Source: Lama glama (lineage: Eukaryota). Taken from it: a stretch of 64,000 nucleotides of DNA. This document shows positions 11,791 to 23,518 of the stretch, one piece after another. The notes beneath the pieces were generated by a model that was not told the DNA's origin, did not search any database, and saw only the letters and a list, made by a program, of their open reading frames with translations. The stretch is from NCBI GenBank assembly GCA_028534125.1, contig CM052816.1, positions 4,714,001-4,778,000 of the forward strand, in the 5' to 3' direction. Within the stretch, counting starts at the first letter, position 1, and each line of letters opens with the position of its first letter. The position numbers were made by a program, and so were the translations under genes.

Positions 11791-12845
11791 GCTTTCTACT
11801 GAAATGAGCAACAGTCACCTTGGTTACGGCTTGCTGAATCTGGTCCAGGCCACGGTGCCGAGGAAGGGGCCAGGGTTCACTAGCCCTTTACAGCCAAAGG
11901 GGTCAGTGTGGGTGGAAAAAACACAACCTGCAAAAGTGCTCTGCTGACCGTCTTCAGCCAGACAAACAGGGAAAGGCCCCCGTGCCTGCCAAAACTTTGC
12001 CTGGTAAATAATTGATGTCCACCCGTGTGTTCTTTTATTCAGAAACGCCTTTGAAGTTTGCCCTCGCCCTTGCCGCAGGGATTTTGGGGGAGGCTGGCCA
12101 GGAAGATGTAAGAGAAGGAACCACAGAAGAGAAATGGGAAGCGTGTGATCAGGAAGATGGAAAAACTAAAGCCATTTTTGGTATCTGGTGGAGCCTGGGG
12201 TCATTAATTGTAAGTTTTAATCAAGAGAAGATTCCTAGCAGCCCAGCACCGAAAGAGGAGGATGGGGGAGAATACAAAGCAATTCTCAGTAACAGCTGTG
12301 GGTGCTAGACCGACAGCTCCCTCCTGGGGAGGCGACAGTTGGTGAGAACATTCAGCAGCCGGCAGGACGTTACCTGGGCAGGGGCAGCCAACCGGGCCTC
12401 GCAGGGACTAATTATGAAAATATGATTACTGTGGATTAGTAATCTTGTCAATCATTGCCGCATGCCAGGTAGCACCTGGCAGCGGGTGAAAATGCCACAG
12501 GACAGAGAATTTGATGTTGTAGGATTTTTAGGGGGAGAGGGGGGAGTAACAAAACGTTCCTCCCTGGGAAGGAGGGCCCTACGGGGTCCAGGGGATGAGG
12601 AGGTGCAGAGAAGGCACTAACAGGCCTCTGGCGAGAAGAGGCAGGATCCATGACAAGACAGCCCAAGCGTGTAAACTGGAAATTCTGGATGGCATCGTCT
12701 TATTGCTGCTCATGAGAGCTGGCCCAAAGCTTGCTCCCTGTTTTGCATAAGCATCAAAGGAAATTAGCATTGCCTTCCTGGGGCAGTCAAGGAAAGGTGA
12801 ACAGAGGTTAAGAAATGATATTGGTAGAAGTAAGAACCACAGAGA

Positions 12846-13018
12846 TGTGTGCCCAGCCAGGTGCCCAGCAGTTAGTCTTCATTTGGTTTAATCCTTACAA
12901 AACCCTGCGAGGTCAGCACTACATCCCTACCAAGTAAACAGCAGCTCAAGGATGCTGTGACTTGGCCCACGTCATATCACAAGAAAAACAGATCACCTGA
13001 ATTCCAGGGCTGATTCTC
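12846..13018 (-). mobile_element. MIR SINE
   Basis: TTTAATCCTTACAAAACCCTGCGAGGT...GTGACTTGGCCC. Confidence 0.65.
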
Positions 13019-13209
13019 ATAGTCGCCAGCTTCTATTGCCTGTTGCAAAAGGGAACCCGAAACCAGAGCTCTTCAGTCTCCTTTCCTGAATCTATGAAAG
13101 CATTCTCCCCGTCACAATGACGACGAAGAAGGCAGGGAGGCAGCAGAGTCTAGAGGACCGGTCACTGGGCATCAGAAGGCCTATGTTTCTCAACAAAACT
13201 ACGAACTCT

Positions 13210-13445
13210 TTTCAATGGAGTTTTTACTATGGATGCCCTGACACTACATTAAACGCTTTGGTTACTTTTGATATTTAACCTTCAAAGTAAAGGCTCAAAG
13301 GAAGTTCCATTCTATTTTACAGATGAGAAAACAGAATCTTAGAAAAGTGGGCAACTGTCCATATGGCAAGGAGGTGGTAAGAGTCAGAGAAGAAATTCCA
13401 AACCAGGCTGCTCTGCTCCCCAGGCTGGGCTCCCTACGACCACTC
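13210..13445 (-). mobile_element. MIR SINE
   Basis: ATTTTACAGATGAGAAAACAGA core. Confidence 0.8.
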
Positions 13446-13949
13446 TCTTTGTGAGAGGCGGTGAGAGTTTCAAATCCTCAACCCCCAGCCTGGGCAACTG
13501 ATCCATCTGTACTTTGCTTTCCCCTTGGCATAAACAAGGATAACATTTGTCAACTCATCGTACTGAGTCATCACCAGGAAAGGGACCTCGGGTGGCAGGA
13601 GATAAAGTTCTGTCCAGATTCACGGAACTATTATTAGTGAGGAAAATTCTAGAGTGACCTAAATTTCATTCATACTGCTCAATGCTAAAAGAACAGGGTC
13701 AAGAAAACAGGTCTTTTTTCCAGCTTATGATGGTTAGAGAGGAAGAAATGGAGGCATGTTCAGCTAAATTTACCAAAAAAAAAAAAGTTTCACCATGTAT
13801 CCTGTATGCTGTAATCATTATGAATAAAAATGTGTGCTAATAAAAAGAAAAAATGAAAGTTGTTTGTGTAACACCGTGAAGGTTAAAAAAAAAAAAATTA
13901 ACACATGGATGGAATGGGGCTAGGGCTGCCACCTCCACGATGCTCCACT

Positions 13950-14105
13950 CTATTAAAGCACTTGCTGTCCACTACTGTTTTTATTTAGATGGTTTACAGT
14001 TTTCCATCACTCATCTGTGAGTGAGGGCTCAATGTATACATCTTGTGCTCCTCCGCAATCCCAGCAGCAAGCAGAGAGCCTGGCGTGGTGCTGAGCAGAC
14101 ACTCC
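13950..14105 (+). mobile_element. L2 3' end fragment
   Basis: TCTGTGAG...ATCCCAGCAGCAAGCAGAGAGCCTGGC. Confidence 0.5.
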
Positions 14106-15387
14106 GCCCAGTATGGGTTTCTGGGTTCCCTCTGGCTAGTGCCAGTGGAGGCAGAGAGATAAACTAAAGAGGCGCTTCACGTCCTTTAAGGCTTACCATT
14201 ACGCAGACCTGGGGGAAAGGATGTAGTGATGTACAGGAGGCAATCACTGCTCAGACTTGTACTCCCTCTCACTGACCTCAAAGAAACAAACCTCTAAAAA
14301 ATTTTTTTTAATTAAAAAAAAAAAAAAGTGCTGTGCGCACACTGGCCTTTTGCAGGGAAGGATGACCATGTCAGAGATGTGATGGGTAGCATGAGCCACC
14401 ATGAAAAAGGATCCTTATGTAAAGTACACAAAGAAACAGCACATCCCTGCAACATGATCAATTTCCCCATTTCAATGATACCACCTCCCGGGGCCACTGC
14501 AAGCCGCCCAAGACTGTGGGAGAATTCCTATCAAGGAGGCTGCTAAGCACGCACACAGCGATGGTAGTGATAAGGCTGTGAATCCCAGGAACCAGAGGTA
14601 GCGTCTGTGGACAAACTCTTAGAGGTGCAGGAATACATCCATCTCCCAAACACAGCCTTGCACATCAGAGTGCCTTCACAGAGAAGAGCAGCTGGTTGGC
14701 TTTGAATATACATGATTCCCACTATGAGTCTATTTCTGCACCTCCTCCTAAGCCTGCAGAGTAAAACTACAGTGTTTCAGGGGAGGGAAGGGAAAAAAGA
14801 AAATCCTTAAGACAGCTGAATCATCCTTTTGAAATACGCCGGTCACTCCGTATCCAGACAGTAACTTCCAAAAGGTGCATTTTAAGAGAAGACCCTCTTC
14901 CAGTTTTGAGGAGATAAAAATCACACTGTACTTTTAGGTCAAAGGAAATGACTTACGAGTTTTCCCAGTGGTGCTTAAATCACTCAGAAGTTTCCTCCAG
15001 GAGTAGGTCTCCGGCCTCCACACCATGAACAGCCCTTGAGTCTCTGCCTAACAGCATCGCTACCCCCTGGCCAGGCAAATGCCCCTCATCGTCCTCATAA
15101 TGGGCAAGACATCCCCTTCCTTATCTCCCAAGCACGCCAGGTGCAGTCTTGCCATCATGCCTCTATTCAGGCCACTCGCATCCCCTGGACTCCTCTCTCC
15201 AATCCGGGAAAACCTCAGCTATCCCTCAAAACTGTATTAAGCTCTTCCTCCCTCAAGAAGCCTTTCCCAAACGTCTCAATCTATACACACTCTTTCTTCT
15301 CCAAGTTATTCGCTAGGCCCTGAATCTAAGGCTGAACTCTATGTTTAACGTCCCATGTATTTGAGCAATCCAAAGAAATGAGAAAGT

Positions 15388-16092
15388 TAATAATTGATAT
15401 TTACTGAGCACTTAATACATTTTGAGGCATCAAGCTAAACCCTATATAAACACTTATATCTAAGCCTTAAAACCAAGCCATGAGGTAGCACCTTCTATTA
15501 TCCTGTCGACTGAAGTAAATGCGCAGCCTGAAAGTTGAGAGTCATGTTTTATTTGGCCGGAGGACTCGAGCCGGGATGACAGCCCCTCAGATGGCTCTGA
15601 GGGACCGCTCCGAAGAGGTAGGGGAGGAGCCAGGATGTATAGGTGCTTTACGGCAAAGACCAGGTAGTTGGAACAATAAGATTGCTTGTTATGTAAAGAA
15701 AACCAGGTACCTCAAGTTAAAGAATTTAGTGCTTTTTTATGTATGGGAGGAAGCAAACATTTGGGCTCATTGAATTCATTCCTTTGACAAGCACCTGGCT
15801 ATCCAGGGCCATTATTTTGTCCTTTCTTATCCTGAGTCCGCTCAGAGGGCACCATTGTGAGTGGCTGCAGGGGCTGGGCTGCAGGCCTGTCCTCGCTGGG
15901 GGGTGGGGCAGCCGCTGATGACTTGGTTTCAGCATTCTTTGTTTACTGATATGGTTGCAGTATTTTCGTTCACAATCCCCATAGTACGGGTGAGGAAAAC
16001 TGAGGCACAATACAGTCGAGCATCTGGCTCAGTAGCATACCACCAGGCATGAGCTCAGGTCTATCTGACTCTAGATCCTGTGACCTTAATCC
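15388..16092 (-). mobile_element. MIR SINE split by an LTR insertion
   Basis: ATTTACTGAGCACTT...ATGAGGTAG...TATTATCC | CCATAGTACGGGTGAGGAAAACTGAGGCAC; the halves rejoin once 15504-15978 is removed. Confidence 0.8.
15504..15974 (-). mobile_element. ERV1 solo LTR, MER41-like cetartiodactyl family
   Basis: TG...CA ends and a perfect 4-bp TSD ATCC at 15500-15503 and 15975-15978. AATAAA on the minus strand near 15548. Homologous to 41231-41652. Confidence 0.88.
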
Positions 16093-16219
16093 TCAAAGTA
16101 ATCACAGACTAAAGATCTCCTGGATCTCACAGAACTTTATACTGTTGTGTTTCATTCATTTTTAGTGAGCAAAACTTGCAGTGTGACCTACATTTGACAC
16201 ATGACTTCTCGGTGCTGTT

Positions 16220-16335
16220 CACTTACCTAACATGTAAACATTTTTCATGTGCCAAACACTGTGCTAGGTTCTAGGGATAAGATGATGAACAAGACACAGC
16301 CCTGATGTTAGGGAAGTCACAGTCACAGAGTAGGG
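16220..16335 (-). mobile_element. L2 fragment
   Basis: ATGTGCCAAACACTGTGCTAGGTTCTAGGGATA...GAACAAGACACAGCCCTG. Confidence 0.75.
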
Positions 16336-16678
16336 ACTCAGTAACTATTGGAATTAAACTACCACAAACACAAGCCAATGACTGGTAGCCTCAACCAGCT
16401 ACGTGTGCACTTAGCTCAGAGAAGGTACGTGACCACTTAGCTCAAAGAAGCATTAAGCTGTGGGAGATCCCTGGACTGATACGTAAGAGGCCTGGGGTTT
16501 CCCCAGGCTGCCAGTCATTTGCTGTGTGACATCTAGCAAGCAGCATTTCATCTATTTGCTCATATATAAAATTGAGAGTCTGGGACACATCTGTGAACTC
16601 ACTCACAACCTGGCCCATCATCAGAGTCACCTGTTCAGTGATTTTTTTTCTACTGCCAAATAAGGACCTGGGTGAATG

Positions 16679-17274
16679 CGAAACAGAGCAGGAGCCTCTG
16701 GGACTCTCCCAGGAGAGTACTCTGTGGAATCTCTATGTCCCCCACTTCTTGTTTGTAGGAAACAGACTTCATTCAGCCTCCCTGACTATCCCGAGTTCCA
16801 AAGGGCAGATTAAACTGTTGCTAATCAGGGAAGGGAAGGAGTGCAGAAACAAAGGAGGAGCAGTCAGAAACAAGGGTGCAGCTGAGGGGCAAGGTCCTGG
16901 TTCCTCTTCAAGAAAAATACATAACAATACATTTGAGTTCTTCTGTAAAAACTAAGGTCCACCCAGGTGGAGGATGGTAACTTCAGGCTGAGCACAAGAC
17001 TCCTGGAGCACCACCCTGTTACCTCACCACCCACCAATCAGAAGAAAGCCTGTACACAGTGGAAGATAATGAAGACTCTGACCCCTCCCCAAATGATTCT
17101 CCCTTTAAAAACTTTCATGGTCGAGCAGAATATTCAGATTTCATTTTTGGATAGGACTCAACCACCTCCTCGGGTGCCAGTCTCCTGAACAAAGCAGCCT
17201 TCCCATAATTACCAGCACTTGTCTCTCAAGTATTTGCCTTCCAGGAGCAAGCGCTGAACCTGAGTTCAGCCACA
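16679..17274 (+). mobile_element. ERV1 solo LTR (cetartiodactyl type) inserted in an L2 tail
   Basis: CGAAACAGAGCAGG...TTCAGCCACA, with the 5' TG apparently changed to CG. 4-bp TSD AATG at 16675-16678 and 17275-17278. CCAAT near 17034 and TATA-like TTTAAAA near 17104. Confidence 0.85.
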
Positions 17275-17377
17275 AATGCATTAGGGAATGAATGACTGAC
17301 CTGGCTGATCTGTTATGAGATTTGGAACAACCAACACAGAAGGGGGCTCTCCAAAGCTACTGCCCTTTAAAGATGTA

Positions 17378-18025
17378 CAGTTGATCCTCATTATTTGTGA
17401 ATTCCGTATTTGTAAATTTGCCTACTCACTAAAATTTTCTTTAACCCCCCAAATCAATACTCATGGTGCTTTTGCAGTCATTCACAGGTAACCTCAGAGT
17501 GGCCAAAAAAAAACTGAGTTGCCCAAAATATATGTCCAACGTGGGGTCACCAAGGAGACACTCCACTGTCTTGGTTCAGCTCTCATACTGGAGATAAGTA
17601 GCCTTTTCACAGTCTACTTAGTGCCACACTGTTTGCATTTCTGTGCTTTCTGTTGGTGACTTCACTGTTGAAAACAGCCCCCAAGCCTAGTGCTGAAGTG
17701 CAATTTCATATTTCTAAGCACAAGGCTGATGTGCCCGACTGAGAAAATGTGTGTTAGTAGGTTTCATTAATGCATAAATCACCATGCTGTTGGCCACGAC
17801 TGCAATGTTAATGAACCAACATGAAAGAAGGCATTTTTTAAACGAGAACACACGTGATACAAGGTTACGTGTTGATAAGTTGACAAAAACGTGACTAGAG
17901 GAATGTGACTGGCTCACAGGAACCTAATCTCCTATTTCCCCTAGGACCAACGGCTCAGTGTTCACCAACTCAGTGTCCACAGCAACTCTATAGAACATAA
18001 CTATTGCAATAATGATAATCAATAG
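17378..18025 (+). mobile_element. MER82 (TcMar-Tigger) DNA transposon, near full length
   Basis: TA-CAGTTGATCCTCATTATTTG ... CAATAATGATAATCAATAG-TA. Terminal inverted repeats, TA TSD, and a body matching MER82. Confidence 0.9.
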
Positions 18026-18404
18026 TACTTCCTGTGACCATGCAATATAGGAAGCCTTTAGAGAGGTCTCCAAACCAGTTTTCAGTGAGTTAGCTGGGAT
18101 ATCACAGATGTAATCACCAAAACAATGTGGGAAAATGCAGAGCGACAGTGCTGATAATGCCTTGAATGTCTCTGAAGGATGACAGTGGTACATATTCACC
18201 TCTGAAGACTGAGGCTAGGAGTGGAATGGGACACTACTGCTTTTCAGTATAAACCATTATGCACTACTGGATTTTTTTTAAACCACAGTTTGGTTAAACC
18301 ATCACTACTAATTTATGATGATAAGAAGAGGGAAAAAACAAATTCATTAATTAAATCTCTATTCCCCCTTGCCCTTCCAGTTCCAAGAAACACAAACCAT
18401 TTTC

Positions 18405-18530
18405 TTTGTGATAAGCAGATACTGTTCACTTTACCTCAGTTTCTTGATCTATAAAATGGGGATGATAGTAGTACTTCTCTCACGGTTCTTATACGGACTA
18501 AATGAAGTCACGTATGTGAAGGACTTAGCT
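18405..18530 (+). mobile_element. MIR SINE
   Basis: CCTCAGTTTCTTGATCTATAAAATGGGGATGATAGTAGTAC. Confidence 0.85.
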
Positions 18531-18756
18531 CCTAGAATGGAAGGTGTGAGGAAGGCACAATGTGAGCTGAAACAGGACGGAGTAGAAGGACCATCTGCTC
18601 TGGAGGCTCAGTCCCGGGCAGAACCCTCAGGTCAGGGAGCTACACTCCCAGCTGACCCTGTCTGCCTCCCCCCCATTGCAGCCCTGTGGTTTGGGTGACG
18701 ACCTTTGGTTTTCTGAGGCTTATGTCTGGATCAATCAATTGTTATCAAAAGGCAAC

Positions 18757-18900
18757 ATTTAAGAGCATGAGATTTGGAGTCATACAGATTTGGGTTTCTG
18801 TTCTGACTCAAACATTTACAAGCTGTGTGATCTGGTGCAAGTCAGTCAACTCCTCTGAGCCTCAATGTCCTCATCTGGAATTGAAGGATGGCATCTGCCT
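18757..18900 (+). mobile_element. MIR SINE
   Basis: TGGAGTCATACAGATTTGGGTTT...AGCTGTGTGA...CTCTGAGCCTCA. Confidence 0.85.
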
Positions 18901-18932
18901 TGAAAATCCCATTTAATCTTCATAAGAGTTTA

Positions 18933-19555
18933 CCAGTCAAGGTCCCCTGAGACTCAGATGACATGACAAGTCATAATTAAATGAGCAAGGAGTTTATTCA
19001 GATAGAGAATATTGCTTAATGGGCAAAGAGTTTCTGTTTGGGGTGATGGAAAAATCAGAACTGGATGGTGGTGGTGGTTGTTTAACATTGCGAATGTAAT
19101 TAACGCCACAATGAATTGTGCACTTTAAAATACCTAAATGGCAACTTTTATGTTATACTATATATTATCACAATTTGTAAGAAATGAGCTTACTACGGGG
19201 AAACACCTGTGAGACCACATGGGGGGAGGGACTTAGGAGAAGCTGGGAGAACCATCAGACTATGATGCATGTATGACCTCAAGTAAAGAAAAGAAAGGAC
19301 AGGTGCAAGGGTCATGGACTATCACGCATTTCTAGGAAAGGCCAACAGGGTGATCAGGGAGTCCACTGTCTCCCAGTTATGGGCCTCCTAAGTTCCCCTG
19401 CAACTCCTCAGCTGGGTGGGAACAGCCCACAGGAAGCATGAGGTTGGCAAGAAGTCGCTGATGGATTTCAGAGCGCAGGAGCTGGGGCCATTAGTCAGCT
19501 GTGCCCTCTGCAGCCACAGATCTGAGGGGCATGTTCTCAGAGCTGGGCTGCCACA
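18933..19555 (-). mobile_element. ERVL solo LTR (LTR40-like) interrupted by L1
   Basis: GCAAGGAGTTTATT...GGGGAAACACCTGTGAG...CAGACTATGATGCA...CTGAGGGGC...GCTGCCACA. Confidence 0.65.
19001..19184 (+). mobile_element. L1MB-type 3' UTR fragment
   Basis: GCTTAATGGGCAAAGAGTTTCTGTTTGGGGTGATGGAAAA...GAATTGTGCACTTTAAAA. Confidence 0.85.
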
Positions 19556-21269
19556 GGGAACCCACACGTTAAGGGACTTACCATGAAAAGATAATCCAGG
19601 GTAAAAGTAGCAGGAATTTCCATACCGACTATCAATATCATTGTCAACTGTCATCACCATGATCTTCATCTCAGTAAGTTTGTTCAAAGTACCATACAAC
19701 CAACTCAAAAACTCATCCCCAATACATCGAGCTAGTTGTGGTAAGTCTTATTGACTGTGATACTCATCTGGGCATCTTCAACTGCACTGCAAACATTAGA
19801 ATTGTTAAACCTCTTTGTGTCTTACAGGTGCAGGAGGACAATAAGGTGGACTCAGAAATAACCCAAATCAAGAACTGTCAATGGCGTTTACGCAGCACCT
19901 TCAAATCCTGCTGTCTTCAATCACTCCGTAAGGACAGTACTGCCTTCCACTGGCATGGGGACTGTCACATTACTCATCTATCACCTGCCTAAACCACTTC
20001 ACCACCTACAAGCCAGCTCACCAGGTGAGAAAGCGTTCAGTGTGGACTTTCCCATATCAAAAGCGAACCAGGAAGCAGTTTCAAGGTTAGTAATCCCATC
20101 CAGTTACACATGGCAGCAAGATTATAATCCCAAAACTTCCTGTTTAGACACCTGGGGTGATTCTTTCACCCTGAAGACAATACATGTTTCATTACAGTGT
20201 TCCCTTAAGAAAGAAGAACATGGCACTCAAATGTAATGGGGAAAAAATCATTTCTCTGTCTTTTCATAAGGAGAAGTTGGACAATTTTGTTGAGAAGTCA
20301 GAGTGGGTGACAGAGAGAATGGTATTGAGAGAAAGGCAGTTTTAGACGGCAGTTCCACTTTTGGAACTGTTTTCTTTCCCCATTTTAATCAGGCAGAATC
20401 CTGCATCTTTTACCTACTCCCGTAGCAGAGAAATGAATCTGAAGGGGAGCAGTAAAATCTTAACAGTGGTGTTCCTTCTATTGTTATGTTTTCCACCAAG
20501 TAAGGGCCGATGCCTGTCTTCCTATTGTAATTCCTTGGACCCCTCTCCCTTGTGAAGTACCCGTCTCCCTGACCAAAGAGATCAGGCACACGATTCTTCA
20601 TTGGCCAGGGCCGGAGCCGTATCACTCAAGCAAGTTTTCCCCTGATACATTTATATACTGAAGGGAAGAGAGGGGGGCCCAAGGGTGTCTCTCTTTCCTC
20701 TACAGTAACTAACCTTGGATAATTTCAGTCAACTTCCCTTTATCACATGAAGAAAAGCCATAGGACAGAAGCAAATGAACCAAGAGAAGCAGAGATAGAG
20801 AATAAAACTTAAAGAAAAACAAAGATCCATCTTGATAATACGTCAAACTCCAGTTCATCCTGAAGCCACCTCTCCTCCCGCCCTGAGTTCTAACACTGAT
20901 AGATGGTCTGTACCACATGGGATGTCAAGAACCCACAAGAAAAAGAGCAGCTACCAGATAAGAACCCTGAAGACAAACACCTCTGACTTAGAGGAAAGGG
21001 TTACATGAAAAGAATGGTTTTTTTATATCTCCTAGTAATTGCCCTTCTGCTTACAATGGTGTCTATGGTGATACGGTAAAGGGGACTTAGGCACTTCAGG
21101 ACTGTGAAAGGCATGGCCGTCTGGAGGATGACAGACTATCTAAAACTCAGTCCTTATTCCTTTGAGATGAACTAGGAGATGGAACATCACCCAGTCCCTT
21201 GATCCAAGTGGGCATAATGAAAACAATTCAGTTTCTTAAAGATTCTACAAACCACGTGGTCCTGAGGGA

Positions 21270-22420
21270 GGTCACAGTTACTAAGAGAGCCCAGGATTAA
21301 CATGACAAAGGCAAGCACAGGGTGCTATGGGATCAATCACAGGGGTATGTGATCTCATCAGGTCTTGGTGGGGGACAAGATTTCCTGGACAAAATGATAT
21401 CCATATATCTAAGTTGAGTCCTTCAGGAGAAGGGAGAGTTATCCAAACGAAGTAGAGAAACAGAGGACCAGATTTTTGTACAGAGAATGGCGTGTTCAAG
21501 GAACTGCATGTGGTTCAATACAGCTGGAGCAGAGGGTTCACAGAGGTGCTGGGGTGATGAGAGAAAAGACTGGACGTGGAACTAGATCAGCTCATCAGGA
21601 GGCTTATGGACCGTATAGAAGCACCAGGACTTGATCCTAGGACACTTGAGAGCTGCTGAAGAATTGTAGAGGTATACACAACACTATCTGCGTATGGTGA
21701 AACCTTTCTGCGAAGGGTGTGAATTGAGAAGTCAAGCTGTTGTAATAACGTAGATGAAAGACAGAGGTGGCCCCCACTGACACAGTTGCGTGATGACAGA
21801 AAGAGTAGGCTCATTTGAGAGCTATTAAGGGGACAGAATCAACGTGGTTTGCCTCTGATTCTGTGAAGATAGGGAATGAGAGTGAAGAATGACAGTCCGG
21901 TTGGTTTCCAGCTTGGACTACTATTTGGATGGGAGTACCATTTACCAAAATGGGGGAAACTGGAGTAGAAGCAGTTTGGAATGAGCTGAGTATGACATAC
22001 ATGCCTGTGAGATTTTTCAAGGCATTTCAATTTGCCAACAGTTAGGTAAATAGGTCTGGAGTTAAAGAAAATGAACTAGACTTAAGTTTTCAATTTGAGT
22101 AATATCATCCACAGGTAAATGGTCATCGAGGCACTGTACACAGATTAAATCAAGCCAGAAAAAGTGTACAGCATAAGACAGATGAGGGCCATGATGAATA
22201 CAAAATAGTTAAAGGATACAGAGCAGGAAAGTTCCAGAAAGAAGACAGAGATGAGGAAGCCTAAGGTACAGAAGAAACATCCAGAGAGAATTTCAGGGAG
22301 AGACTGTCGAGAAGTCAACTAGAACAAGGGCAGGCAGTCATCCTTTGCATTAAAGCACAAAGAGCTCACAGATGGCCACTGAGAGAGAAGGTGGATTGGT
22401 GGGATCAGATGCCAGTTACA
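21270..22420 (-). mobile_element. L2 LINE, about 1.1 kb degraded fragment
   Basis: CACAGGGTGCTATGGGA...GTGTTCAAGGAACTGC...GGTTTCCAGCTTGG...GTACCATTTACCAAAATGGG. Confidence 0.8.
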
Positions 22421-23518
22421 CCATAATGACACCTATCCTATACATCCTGCCATGAGTCAGTCTGCGTGCCTCCTGGCATTCACTCAAGACCACCATTTCC
22501 ACCTGGGCATCTTACACAGCACCTCATATGCAGCAGGCATTTAATAAGAAGTTACAAATAATGCACATTGGTGTTTCCACTTTTAAAAACTTCACTTGGA
22601 GGGATGGTAAAAGTTACTTTAGAAATAAGAAAGGAGGAGTTGCTCACAAATGCTCACTGACCTTGGGTGGCATTGGTCTGTCTTCCCCTCATTTCCAGGC
22701 ACTAAATTAATCATGCCCTATCTTCCCATCTCTACTCCTGGGTCAACGAGCAAGGTATTTCTGATCTAATTAGACTCCTAAATGAGCTCTAGAGGCTTAA
22801 GGTGGAGTGTGGACCAAAGTATCCACTGTGCCCTCCTCTCTTCTATCTAGTTGTATTTAGTGGATGCTGGCAAGAAAAGAAAAAAAAATAGGCTGATTTT
22901 GCTTCTGATTACTCCTGCCTGGGCCCTTTCGTGACCCCTGTCAGAGGGTGACCACCCATCACTCCGGGGACCGCTGCATCAGCAAGAGGCCAGGTAGCCA
23001 TCATTTATTAAACACTTACTACGAGTCAGGTACTGTGTTGACCTCCTGACAGAACTTCTTCAGTCTTATCACAGTTCTACCCAAAATCCTCATTGGCTCC
23101 ACACTGCCCCCCCAAAAAATTTAATTTGCTTCTATTTCTTATTTAATGCCTTTAATCCATCCAAAACAATGCAAAACAAAAATGAACACAAAAGGATGAA
23201 TTAGCCAAAAGGCTATTATCAGATTACAAAAATACACATGAGCTCAAAGTACCCAATTGTTTGTAACTCTGACAAAGACCGTTCTAAAAAGATGTCCTCT
23301 CTAATTAAATAAGGCAGCCCAAAAAATTCTCTTCTCCTGGCCTAATAAACTTATTATTGTGCTACTAACCATATTTTGTCACTTTTAGGGCTCATTTTGT
23401 CATGAGCGATTACACAGTCTACAATACACATTACCTCATAAAGAGAAGACTAATTTTAAGCTTAAACACAAAAAGGGAAGCAAATATTTAGTGAAGAATG
23501 CTGAGCATTCATTACCAT

